The notes under the pieces are model-generated. The model did not search any database. It had not been told where the DNA came from and was given only the letters and a program-made list of their open reading frames with translations. DNA of 64,000 nt. Source: Bacillales bacterium UBA3207. GTDB lineage: Bacteria; Bacillota_I; Bacilli_A; RFN20; CAG-826. The translations under genes were made by a program, and so were the position numbers. Position 1 is the stretch's first letter; each line of letters begins with the position of its first letter. Location of the stretch: positions 362 to 64,361 of the forward strand of contig DEWP01000018.1 of assembly GCA_002363735.1 (NCBI GenBank), read 5' to 3'. Positions 47,644 through 56,903 of this stretch are shown here, piece after piece.

Positions 47644-48571
47644 GCATGTTTCTGTTTTATTAAACGAAGCAATTAATGCTTTAAACATCAAAGAAGATGG
47701 AACTTATGTTGATTTAACCCTCGGTCGTGGTGGTCATTCTAAAGAAATTTTAAAGAAACTCAAGAATGGACATTTATTTGCTTTTGATAAAGATGAAGAA
47801 GCAATTAATGAATCAAAAGAGAATTTAAAAGATTATCTAAAGAAGGTCACTATCATTCGTGATGATTTCCGAAATTTTAAAAAAGATTTAGATCAACTTG
47901 GTATTAAAAAAGTTGATGGAATTCTTCTAGATTTAGGTGTTTCATCGCCTCAATTTGATGAAGGAAATCGTGGCTTCTCATACCGTGAAAATTCACGTCT
48001 AGATATGAGAATGGATACTCGTCAAAAATTAACCGCATTTGACGTAGTTAATTCATATTCTATCCAAGAATTGACAATGATTTTTAGAGAATACGGGGAA
48101 GATAAATATTCTTATCAAGTTGCCCGTAAAATTGTTGAAAAACGCCAGCAAAAACCCGTTGAAACGACTCTTGAATTAGTTGAAATTATTAAGGAAAGCA
48201 AACCGCAAAAAGAACTTGCTAAAAAAGGTCATCCAGCAAAACAGATTTTCCAAGCATTACGCATCGAAGTTAATGACGAACTTGGTGCATTAAAAGAAGC
48301 TCTCAAAGATGCATTTGAGATCTTAAATGTTGGTGGACGTATTGCGGTGATTACATTCCATTCGCTGGAAGACCGTATTACGAAAGTGATGTTCCAAAAT
48401 GTTAGCAAAGTTGAAGGAACTAGAAAGAACGTTTTCTCTCTTCCAACACTTGATGATGAACCTGACTTTAAATTAGTGAACAACAAAATTATTGTCCCAA
48501 CTCGAAAAGAGTTAGATATAAACCCAAGAAGCCATTCGGCTAAATTAAGAGCAATAGAAAGGATTAAATGA
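47636..48571 (+). CDS. rsmH: 16S rRNA (cytosine1402-N4)-methyltransferase
   Basis: MSEHVSVLLNEAI N-terminus, GRGGHS motif and FHSLEDR. ATG 47636 overlaps the mraZ end. Confidence 0.95.
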   Translation: MSEHVSVLLNEAINALNIKEDGTYVDLTLGRGGHSKEILKKLKNGHLFAFDKDEEAINESKENLKDYLKKVTIIRDDFRNFKKDLDQLGIKKVDGILLDLGVSSPQFDEGNRGFSYRENSRLDMRMDTRQKLTAFDVVNSYSIQELTMIFREYGEDKYSYQVARKIVEKRQQKPVETTLELVEIIKESKPQKELAKKGHPAKQIFQALRIEVNDELGALKEALKDAFEILNVGGRIAVITFHSLEDRITKVMFQNVSKVEGTRKNVFSLPTLDDEPDFKLVNNKIIVPTRKELDINPRSHSAKLRAIERIK

Positions 48572-48732
48572 TGAAAGATAAGCTCTACAAGCATCATAAA
48601 ACTGCTCGTTACTTCATTGTTAAAAAGGTAGCGATTATTTTTGCGATTGCTTTAACGTTATCTTTATCAATTGGTCTTCCATTAGCTCTTCGTGCTCATA
48701 GTAAAAGCGCAATTGTTTTAATTCAAAAATAA
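48568..48732 (+). CDS. 54-aa single-pass membrane protein in the FtsL position (not in ORF track)
   Basis: ATG 48568 overlaps the rsmH stop (AATGA). Sequence MMKDKLYKHHKTARYFIVKKVAIIFAIALTLSLSIGLPLALRAHSKSAIVLIQK has a basic N-terminus, one TM helix and a short tail. Confidence 0.45.
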   Translation: MMKDKLYKHHKTARYFIVKKVAIIFAIALTLSLSIGLPLALRAHSKSAIVLIQK

Positions 48733-48850
48733 TCCGTAATTTACGGTGAAATTCATAAATTTTTAAGAGAAAACATTCATAAAATGAATCGGTTTTCATC
48801 TTTTTATTGCGATATTATCGTTCAATATATAAAATATATTAGTTAGTAAT

Positions 48851-50050
48851 ATGGAAAGTCGTGTTGCAGTTATAGAAATCTCCAATACTTTTATCCGATT
48901 AATTATCGGTGGATCAATTGATGGCCAACCATTAGTCATCCAAAAAGTAGAACATCCAATTTCTGGATTAATTTCCCGTGGAGAAATTTATGATGAACAA
49001 AAGATTGTTTCGATTTTGTCTGAATTAAAAACAATTCAAGATGAGAAGACACATTCTATCTATACCTTAGATAATGTCACAGTCGTCATTCCTCCAATTG
49101 GATTTGAAGTTTTTGATTCTGAAAAGACAACTAATGTTGTCTCTCCATCTTCTGTCATTGATAAATTAGATATTTCTAACGTTATTTCACTTGTTCAAAA
49201 AGAAACATTCCCAAGTGAACAAGTTGTTGTCGATGTTGTTCCAGATTATTTCCGACTTGAAGGAGATCGATATTTCATTGAACCTCCTGTTGGAGAAATC
49301 TCTAACTCTTTATATGTCCACGCTAAAATTCACGTGATGCCTCGCAAATACGTAGATGCGTATAAGAGTCTCGTTGAGAGCGCAGGTATGCGTGTTCGAA
49401 GAATTTGTGTGAGTCCATATGCTTTGATGACTTACACGCAATCAAAAGTAAATGTGAAAGATTACATTTTAATTGATATGGGCGCTCAAGTGACCGATAT
49501 CACTTTAGTGAATAATCACGCTCCAATTTTATCGACTCACATTCTCATCGGTGGAAATGATTTATCATTTGCCATCGCTGAAAAATTTGGCTGCGAAATT
49601 GAGAAAGCAAACGAATTAAAAGAAAAATATGGCCGTTTTGAACATCAATTAGCATTTAAACCATCTCTTGTTAGTGTGAACCAAGATGGAAACGATATTG
49701 ATTATTATCCAGAAGATTTAAATCACGTGATTGATTTATTCTTCCGTGATAATTACTTTAAACAAATTGATAATGCTTTAACATCAATGTTAAAAGATTT
49801 GCCTGCCGAAATTCTTAAACTTCCAATCGTCATTTGTGGAGGTTTTAGTAAACTTCGCGGCATTGAAAAATTAGTTAAAGAAAAATATCGTGAACAAGAA
49901 GTTATTTTCTTAAATAGTGATGTGCTTGGAGCACGTCACCCAAAATATCTTCCTTTAATTGGTGCAATCGTGATTGCAACTAAATATAAAGGTGCATTAA
50001 GTGACCAAAGGTCAAAAGTAAATAACATTGAACGAGTTGAACATAAATAG
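48851..50050 (+). CDS. ftsA: cell division protein FtsA (divergent)
   Basis: 399 aa, actin/ASKHA-like, immediately upstream of ftsZ. Candidate promoter TTGCGA-17-TAAAAT at 48807-48835. No clear SD. Confidence 0.75.
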   Translation: MESRVAVIEISNTFIRLIIGGSIDGQPLVIQKVEHPISGLISRGEIYDEQKIVSILSELKTIQDEKTHSIYTLDNVTVVIPPIGFEVFDSEKTTNVVSPSSVIDKLDISNVISLVQKETFPSEQVVVDVVPDYFRLEGDRYFIEPPVGEISNSLYVHAKIHVMPRKYVDAYKSLVESAGMRVRRICVSPYALMTYTQSKVNVKDYILIDMGAQVTDITLVNNHAPILSTHILIGGNDLSFAIAEKFGCEIEKANELKEKYGRFEHQLAFKPSLVSVNQDGNDIDYYPEDLNHVIDLFFRDNYFKQIDNALTSMLKDLPAEILKLPIVICGGFSKLRGIEKLVKEKYREQEVIFLNSDVLGARHPKYLPLIGAIVIATKYKGALSDQRSKVNNIERVEHK

Positions 50051-50067
50051 TTTTAGGAGAAAAAAGT

Positions 50068-51192
50068 ATGGACGATCTAGAAAACTTTGAAGCAGTAGCT
50101 CGAATTGTCGTCATCGGTGTTGGTGGAGCTGGAAATAACGCCGTCAACAGAATGATTGATGAAAATATTTCGAGTGTCGAATTTTATGTGGCGAACACTG
50201 ATCGTCAAGCTTTAGCAACATCAAAAGCCCCAAATCGAATTGTTCTTGGAGAACAAATTACTGGTGGATTAGGTGCTGGCGGTGAACCAAGCGTTGGTAA
50301 AAAAGCTGCTGAAGCTTCGATTGATGAAATCAATAAAATTGTTGAAGGCGCTAATCTTGTCTTTATAGCCGCAGGCATGGGTGGAGGTACTGGTACAGGT
50401 GCCGCTCCTGTCGTTGCTCGCGCTGCCAAAGATAGCGGAGCCTTAACTGTGGCAATTGTGACTCGTCCATTTACCTTTGAAGGTAAAAAGAGAATTGCTA
50501 ATTCTGTTGAAGGTCTAAATGAATTAAAAGATGCTGTTGATGCCATCATTATCGTTTCTAACGATAAATTATTAATGGTGAACGGCACTCAACCAATTGG
50601 TCAAGCCTTTGCGGAAAGTGACCGCGTTCTTGCACAAAGCGTGAAAACGGTCACTGACTTAATCTTAATGCCTGCCTTTATTAACCTTGACTTTGCGGAT
50701 GTAAAAAACACTCTCAAAGATGCTGGAATTTCCTTAATCGGATTCGGAATGGGTAGTGGTCCAAACCGCGCTAGCGAAGCTGCGCAAAACGCGATTAATT
50801 CTCCACTTCTTGAAGCAAGCATCAATGGTGCGCGTCGCGCAATATGCGCTGTGACATGTGGTTCGGAAGTTTCGTTATATGAAGCTCAAGAAACAGTTGA
50901 CCGCATTATCGAAGCAGCTGGAAATACAGTCGATATTAAATTTGGTGTTTCAATCAACGATCAACTAACAGATCAAATTCTTGTTAGCGTCATCGCCAGT
51001 GATTTCACCGAAGAATTTGATTTCACTGCTGTTCCAACATACGATAAGCCAGTGAAACAAGCTTATAAATCTGATGAGACTAAATTAGAAAATTTAGACT
51101 CTAATGATGAATCTACACCAGAAAATGAACAACCAAATGAGGAAGAAAAAGGATTCCTTCCAAACTTCCTTAAAGAAAAAAATATTGACTAA
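50068..51192 (+). CDS. ftsZ: cell division protein FtsZ
   Basis: Tubulin signature GGGTGTGAAPVVA. SD TAGGAG. Confidence 0.97.
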   Translation: MDDLENFEAVARIVVIGVGGAGNNAVNRMIDENISSVEFYVANTDRQALATSKAPNRIVLGEQITGGLGAGGEPSVGKKAAEASIDEINKIVEGANLVFIAAGMGGGTGTGAAPVVARAAKDSGALTVAIVTRPFTFEGKKRIANSVEGLNELKDAVDAIIIVSNDKLLMVNGTQPIGQAFAESDRVLAQSVKTVTDLILMPAFINLDFADVKNTLKDAGISLIGFGMGSGPNRASEAAQNAINSPLLEASINGARRAICAVTCGSEVSLYEAQETVDRIIEAAGNTVDIKFGVSINDQLTDQILVSVIASDFTEEFDFTAVPTYDKPVKQAYKSDETKLENLDSNDESTPENEQPNEEEKGFLPNFLKEKNID

Positions 51193-51203
51193 TTAATTAG
51201 TCA

Positions 51204-51425
51204 CCTAGAAGACAACGTTATTTAGAAACTAGACATAGCGAGCTAGGGATGGTGGAAGCCTAACTTATAGACTAAATAAATATCACTTCTAGAGCATAGA
51301 GACTGAACTGATAGTAAGTTTCTCGAGTCATTCCCGTTAAAGAATTGTTGAGTGCTATAAATTAATTTATAGAAATAAGGTGGTACCGCGTGAAAGCGCC
51401 CTTATATAGGAGCGCTTTTTGCGTT
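51204..51425 (+). ncRNA. T-box leader, Ile (AUC) specifier
   Basis: Stem I base CTAGAAG/CTTCTAG, with ATATCA (ATC-A) on the 3' side of the specifier loop. T-box AAGGTGGTACCGCG and terminator AAAGCGCCC-TTATATAGG-AGCGCTTTTT. Confidence 0.87.
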
Positions 51426-51441
51426 TCTTAAGGAGTTATTT

Positions 51442-54165
51442 ATGGAATTAAAACAAACATTACTCATGCCAAAAACAAACTTCGAAATGCGTGGTAATTT
51501 AGCAACAAAAGAACCAGTTTTAGTGAAGAAGTGGCAAGATGAACATTTATATGAACAACTTTTAAAAAACCGTGAAGGATGCAAAGAATACGCTTTTCAT
51601 GATGGTCCTCCATACGCTAATGGAGACATCCACTGTGGACATATGTTAAACCGTATCCTAAAGGATATGATTGTTCGATATAAAACAATGAGCGGTTATT
51701 ATGTACCATTTATTTTCGGTTTTGATACACATGGTTTGCCAATTGAAAACCAAGTTATTAAACAAGGAATCAACCGTAAAACAACTCCTGTTAGTGAATT
51801 TAGAAAATATTGTCGTGAATATGCATTAGGTCAAGTCGCCAAACAAAAAGAAGAAATCCGTCGTTTAGGAGTTCTTGGCGATTATGAGAATGCTTATCGC
51901 ACATTAAATAAAGACTTTGAAGCAAACCAAATCTCTGTTTTTGCGAAAATGGCTCTTCGAGGTCTAATTTATAAAGGCTTAAAACCAGTTTATTGGTCTT
52001 GGTCAAGCGAATCAGCTTTAGCTGAAGCAGAAATTGAATATAAAGATATTAAATCTTATGCCATCTATGTTGCTTTCGAAGTCACAGATGGAAAAGGTGT
52101 TGTTCCAAATGGAAGTAAAGCTGTCATCTGGACCACAACTCCTTGGACGCTTCCAGCAAACCTTGCGATTAGTGTTCACCCAAGATTTGAATATTCATTA
52201 TTTAGGACAAATTTAGGTGACCTAATTCTTTTAAAAGAATTCAAAGATCGTTTAGTTGAAGAACTTGGTCTAACAAAATGTGAAGAAATCAAAACATTCA
52301 AAGGTCAAGATCTTGAATTTGTGAAAACAAAACATCCATTCTATGACCGTGAATCCGTGATCATCGTTGGTGAACACGTTACTAACGAAAGTGGTACAGG
52401 TTTAGTTCATACTGCCCCAGGACATGGTGTAGATGACTTTACTGTTTGTCAAAAATACGGCATTCAACCATATTGTCCAGTTGACGATAAGGGAAGAATG
52501 AGTGAAGAATGCGGTGAAAAACTTGCCGGACTTTTCTATGAAGATGCCAATAAAGTTGTCTTAGACATTATCAAGGATAATGGAAGTTTACTTAAATGCG
52601 ATGAAATTGTTCACTCTTATCCACATGATTGGCGTACTGGAAAGCCATTAATCTTCCGTGCCACTCCGCAATGGTTCTGCTCCATTGGCAAGATTAAAGA
52701 CGAACTTCTTCGTGAAATTAATGTTGTTAAATGGGATCCAGCCTGGGGTAAAGAAAGAATGGCGAACATGATTAAAGACCGTACTGACTGGTGTATTTCT
52801 CGTCAACGTATTTGGGGTGTCCCAATCCCAATTATCTATAACGAAGATAAAACTCCAATCATCGAAGAAGAAGTCTTTGATCACATTGTTAAAATCTTTA
52901 AAGAATATGGTTGTGATATTTGGTATGAAAAAGATGCTAAATTCTTCCTTCTAGAAGGTTATAAGAACGCTCATTCTCCTAATGGAGAATTTAGTAAAGA
53001 AAAAGACATCATGGATGTCTGGTTTGACTCAGGAAGTAGCTTTGATGCAGTGATGGTGAAAAATAACCATCCATTCCCTGTTGATTTATATCTGGAAGGT
53101 AGCGACCAATATCGTGGTTGGTTTAACTCATCATTAACAGTCTCTGTTGCTTGTTATGATAAGGCTCCATACAAATGCGTTGTTTCTCATGGTTGGGTTT
53201 TAGATGAACACGGAGAACAAATGCATAAATCAAAAGGAAACGGTGTTGATCCATTAAAGATGTGTAACATCTTCGGCGCTGATATTCTTCGCTTATGGGT
53301 CGCAACTGTTGATTATCAACAAGACGTTCGAATCTCTGAGAATTTATTAAAACAAGTTGCGGATCAATATCGTAAAATCCGTAATACATTTAAATTTTTA
53401 CTTGGAAACTTAGCTAATGGTGAAGCAAAACCATTTGATCCAAAGAAAGATATGGTCAAAGAATACGCTCCGGTGGACCGCTATATTTTAGCGACATTAG
53501 AAGACGTTAAAAACGATGTCATTCATCATTTTGATGAATTTGACTTCATTAATGCTTCAACTCGCATTATGACATTTATGTCAACTGACCTCTCTAGCTT
53601 CTATTTAGATATTGCCAAAGATATTCTTTATTGCGAAGCTGTTGATTCACCTCGTCGTAGACAAGTTCAAAGTGTCATCTATGAAGTTGCTTCAACATTA
53701 ATGAGACTATTAACGCCAATTCTCCCATTCACTATGGAAGAAGTACATGTCAATATGCCTGATTATAACGGTAAATCTGCGGCACTTTTAGATTATCCAA
53801 AAGAAAGTCATGTCTACTCTAAAGAAGTCCTTGATGAATATAAAGAATTTATGAAACTTCGTTTAGAAGCAAATAAAGCAATTGAAGTTATTCGTAGCCA
53901 AGGATTAGTCGGTTCTTCTCAAGAAGCACTTTTAGTGCTTCCAAAGAGCGAATTCTTAACAAAATCTCACTTAGCAGATGATTTAAATGAGCTTGCTCGT
54001 TTATTTATCGTTTCGAAAGTTGAACTCGTTGATGGAGGAAAAATTGAAGCCCATCATATTGATGCGAAGAAATGTCCAAGATGTTGGAATTATGTTGATG
54101 AACTTTATCCAATTGATGAAGAAACATCGGTTTGTAAACGTTGTAAACACGCTTTAGGTAAATAA
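51442..54165 (+). CDS. ileS: isoleucine--tRNA ligase
   Basis: 907 aa with PPYANGDIHCGH and a KMSKS-variant MHKSKGN. C-terminal Zn motif CPRCW...CKRC. SD AAGGAG. Confidence 0.97.
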   Translation: MELKQTLLMPKTNFEMRGNLATKEPVLVKKWQDEHLYEQLLKNREGCKEYAFHDGPPYANGDIHCGHMLNRILKDMIVRYKTMSGYYVPFIFGFDTHGLPIENQVIKQGINRKTTPVSEFRKYCREYALGQVAKQKEEIRRLGVLGDYENAYRTLNKDFEANQISVFAKMALRGLIYKGLKPVYWSWSSESALAEAEIEYKDIKSYAIYVAFEVTDGKGVVPNGSKAVIWTTTPWTLPANLAISVHPRFEYSLFRTNLGDLILLKEFKDRLVEELGLTKCEEIKTFKGQDLEFVKTKHPFYDRESVIIVGEHVTNESGTGLVHTAPGHGVDDFTVCQKYGIQPYCPVDDKGRMSEECGEKLAGLFYEDANKVVLDIIKDNGSLLKCDEIVHSYPHDWRTGKPLIFRATPQWFCSIGKIKDELLREINVVKWDPAWGKERMANMIKDRTDWCISRQRIWGVPIPIIYNEDKTPIIEEEVFDHIVKIFKEYGCDIWYEKDAKFFLLEGYKNAHSPNGEFSKEKDIMDVWFDSGSSFDAVMVKNNHPFPVDLYLEGSDQYRGWFNSSLTVSVACYDKAPYKCVVSHGWVLDEHGEQMHKSKGNGVDPLKMCNIFGADILRLWVATVDYQQDVRISENLLKQVADQYRKIRNTFKFLLGNLANGEAKPFDPKKDMVKEYAPVDRYILATLEDVKNDVIHHFDEFDFINASTRIMTFMSTDLSSFYLDIAKDILYCEAVDSPRRRQVQSVIYEVASTLMRLLTPILPFTMEEVHVNMPDYNGKSAALLDYPKESHVYSKEVLDEYKEFMKLRLEANKAIEVIRSQGLVGSSQEALLVLPKSEFLTKSHLADDLNELARLFIVSKVELVDGGKIEAHHIDAKKCPRCWNYVDELYPIDEETSVCKRCKHALGK

Positions 54166-54167
54166 TC

Positions 54168-54854
54168 ATGGAAAAGATCAAAAACTTTTTTAAGAAAGTG
54201 TTCACTAAAGAAAACATGAAGAAATTCTTCTTCTCTTTTGTTTGGCTTGCTGTTCTTGTTTTTGTTCTTGATATTGCCTCGAAGTGGGCTGTTGTAAATC
54301 ATTTTGGTGTAAAGAATGTTTATCCTGAAAATAAGATTGAAGTAATTAAAGACTTCTTCTACATTACATTTACAACAAATGAAGGCGCTGCTTGGTCACT
54401 TGGCAGTGAAAGCAGACCAATTTGGATTGTAATTAGCGTCGTTTTATCGGCGGGATTAATTGCTTATTACATCAAGAAAATGAAAACAATGAATAGCTGG
54501 ATGAGAGCAGCGTTTATGCTGATGATTTCCGGTGCCGTCGGTAACCTCATCGACCGTTGTTTTTATTGGAAAGAAACAACCGGATTTTCTGGTGTTGTTG
54601 ACTGGTTAGATTTTTACCTTCCAACAGGCGAATTCCCGACATTTAATATCGCTGATTCAGCGCTTGTTGTTGGTGTTGGAATATTAGTTGTTTTACTCAT
54701 CATTGATGTTATTAAAGATGCTTTAAATAAGAGTGCAAATGAAGAGGCTCAACTCAAAAAACAAAATCACCAGCAAAATGCGGATAAAATTGAAAAATCA
54801 CCAGCAATTCCTGGTCAATTTGAAGAAAAAATAGAAGAAGAAAAAACCAAATAA
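54168..54854 (+). CDS. lspA: lipoprotein signal peptidase II
   Basis: NEGAAW and FNIADS motifs and 4 TM segments. Hydrophilic C-terminal extension of about 50 aa. Confidence 0.9.
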   Translation: MEKIKNFFKKVFTKENMKKFFFSFVWLAVLVFVLDIASKWAVVNHFGVKNVYPENKIEVIKDFFYITFTTNEGAAWSLGSESRPIWIVISVVLSAGLIAYYIKKMKTMNSWMRAAFMLMISGAVGNLIDRCFYWKETTGFSGVVDWLDFYLPTGEFPTFNIADSALVVGVGILVVLLIIDVIKDALNKSANEEAQLKKQNHQQNADKIEKSPAIPGQFEEKIEEEKTK

Positions 54855-55756
54855 TGCAGAAATTTATTGTTGAAAAATCTTTAGCAAATACTCGTTTAGA
54901 TAAAGCGTTATCTGAACTTCTTTTAGATGTTTCAAGAACAAAGATTAAAAGCTATCTTGATGATGGGCTAATCCTCGTTAATAACAAGCAAGAAAAAGCA
55001 TCATATAAAGTTAATGAAAATGATGAAATTTTAGTTAACGATTTACCAAAAGAAGAAACCGATTTAACCGCCGAAGATATTCCTTTAAATATTGTTTATG
55101 AAGATGATGATCTGATGGTGATTAATAAACCAAAAGGATTAGTTGTTCATCCAGGTGCAGGCAACAAAAACGGTACACTTGCTAATGGATTAAAATTTCA
55201 TAGTGATCATCTCTCCTCAATTAATGGTGATTTCCGTCCAGGAATCGTTCATCGTTTAGATAAAGATACTGCTGGTTTATTAGTTGTTGCAAAAAATGAT
55301 TTTGCTCATGTTAAACTTCAAGAGCAACTTGTTGATCACACACTTTCAAGAAAATATTACGCTTTAGTTTTAGGCGTGATTAGTGAAGATAACGGACAAA
55401 TTATTGCTCCTATTGGCCGAGATAAACAAAATCGTCAGAAAATGGCAGTGGATTTACGAAACGGAAAAGAGGCCGAAACCTCCTTCAAAGTTTTAAAACG
55501 ATATTCAAACACAACACTTGTGGAATGTGTTTTAAAAACTGGAAGAACGCACCAAATTAGAGTTCATATGAACTACATTGGCCACCCAGTAATTGGAGAT
55601 CCGCTTTATGGCAAGGGAAATCGTGCTATCTATGATGATGGACAACTTCTTTATGCTCACTACATTAAATTCATTCATCCACGTAGTAAAAAAGCATTGG
55701 AATTTGATTCTCCAATGCCTTCATATTTTGAAGATTTTTTAACAAAGTTAAAATAA
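54854..55756 (+). CDS. rluD: 23S rRNA pseudouridine synthase RluD family
   Basis: S4 domain plus catalytic HRLDKDTAGLLVVAK. Confidence 0.9.
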   Translation: MQKFIVEKSLANTRLDKALSELLLDVSRTKIKSYLDDGLILVNNKQEKASYKVNENDEILVNDLPKEETDLTAEDIPLNIVYEDDDLMVINKPKGLVVHPGAGNKNGTLANGLKFHSDHLSSINGDFRPGIVHRLDKDTAGLLVVAKNDFAHVKLQEQLVDHTLSRKYYALVLGVISEDNGQIIAPIGRDKQNRQKMAVDLRNGKEAETSFKVLKRYSNTTLVECVLKTGRTHQIRVHMNYIGHPVIGDPLYGKGNRAIYDDGQLLYAHYIKFIHPRSKKALEFDSPMPSYFEDFLTKLK

Positions 55757-56683
55757 TTATAGAATTCCTTTAAGATTGACGAAGTTAGCTTTGACAATCT
55801 TTTTTAATTCTTCTTTACCATGTTTAAGAGCAAATTCTTCAGCAAATTTAGTTACTTTTTCACTGGCACCAAATGGAATTTCTGTGTGATATTTTTCACT
55901 AAGTTTATCCATCTTTTGTAAGAAACTATATCGAGCGATAATGCTAGCAACAGCGACACAAGGGAAGTAAGATTCCGCCTTTGTTTGGAATGTGATTTTA
56001 TCGACAATTTCCTGCTCATTTCCTAGATAACTATAATATTTATCTTCTGAACAGAATTGATCAATGATTGTCATTTGAACTTTTGGATGACGCTTCTTTA
56101 AAATCTTGAGAACTTGATTATGCATCTTTGCTTTCATCTCGTTCATATTCAGCCCTTTTTCATTGACCTCGTTATATTTTTCGTTATCTAAACTAATTTG
56201 CGAATAATCAACTTTATTGATTAATTCTTTACCAATCTTACGAATTTGATCATCACTAAGACGTTTAGAATCATCCACTCCTAATTTCTTTAGATAGTCG
56301 ATATCTTTCTTTTCAATGTAGGCCGCACAAACACAAATTGGCCCAAATAAGTCGCCAGTTCCGACTTCATCAGAACCCATTTGTTCTTTTATTGATAACC
56401 AACAGGCTTTTGTCGGTGCTTTTTGTTTATTTGATGCAGTGGACTTTTCACTCAATTTAGCATTCTTGTCAAATCGCTGTGCTTCTTCTAAAGAATTATC
56501 TCCAACAAAGACAACTTTAAACGTATCGGCTTTTTTGCTTGAATAAATTGTTACTGCAAGATCTTCGCTTCGAGCAAAGAAAACAATGTATTCGCCTTTA
56601 TTTTCTTTTTGATAATTTTTGTAATAAGAACTGATTTGATCAACAACGTTTTGTTGAACTTCAATCATGACACGGTTCGCCAT
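55757..56683 (-). CDS. rnhC: ribonuclease HIII
   Basis: 308 aa with an N-terminal TBP-like domain and catalytic DEVGTGDLFGP. SD AAAGGAGG lies inside the end of the upstream small gene. Confidence 0.88.
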   Translation of the reverse strand: MANRVMIEVQQNVVDQISSYYKNYQKENKGEYIVFFARSEDLAVTIYSSKKADTFKVVFVGDNSLEEAQRFDKNAKLSEKSTASNKQKAPTKACWLSIKEQMGSDEVGTGDLFGPICVCAAYIEKKDIDYLKKLGVDDSKRLSDDQIRKIGKELINKVDYSQISLDNEKYNEVNEKGLNMNEMKAKMHNQVLKILKKRHPKVQMTIIDQFCSEDKYYSYLGNEQEIVDKITFQTKAESYFPCVAVASIIARYSFLQKMDKLSEKYHTEIPFGASEKVTKFAEEFALKHGKEELKKIVKANFVNLKGIL

Positions 56684-56684
56684 A

Positions 56685-56858
56685 TTAATATTCCTCCTTT
56701 TTCACATCTGTTTTGACATCGAATGGTAAGCCATTCTCTAAAATTGATTTACAGATGAACATTCGCACTGCGGTTGATAAATCTAACCCAAGTGCTTTAA
56801 AAATTGAGGAAGCTTGTTCTTTCTCGTTTTCATCAATTCGTACTTGTAGTAACGCCAT
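56685..56858 (-). CDS. RelB/DinJ family antitoxin-like ribbon-helix-helix protein (no cognate toxin gene)
   Basis: ALLQVRIDENEKEQASSIFKALGLDLSTAVRMFICKSILENGLPFDV matches the RelB/DinJ pattern. ATG 56858 has SD GAGGT. ATG 56870 is the alternative start. Confidence 0.7.
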   Translation of the reverse strand: MALLQVRIDENEKEQASSIFKALGLDLSTAVRMFICKSILENGLPFDVKTDVKKEEY

Positions 56859-56874
56859 AAAATACCTCATCTAA

Positions 56875-56903
56875 AGTATATTACATTGTAATTACGCTGT
56901 AAA
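56875..56903 (-). promoter_or_regulatory. candidate promoter with palindromic operator for the RelB/DinJ-like gene
   Basis: Minus strand: TTTACA, 17 nt, TATACT. The spacer contains the perfect inverted repeat ATTACA-A-TGTAAT (56880-56892). Confidence 0.4.

Noticed and set aside
50205-50825. 127-aa and 74-aa antisense ORFs inside ftsZ.
   Set aside because: They lie fully inside a very well-supported gene. Their Ala/Pro/Thr-rich sequences are the complement of Gly/Ala-rich FtsZ codons, and they have no SD or promoter. The same reasoning applies to the other short antisense or out-of-frame track ORFs within leuS, pepV, ezrA, thrS, polA, dnaE, glgP, pheT (44655-44987), rsmH (48229-48597), ileS, mutS2, uvrC and others.
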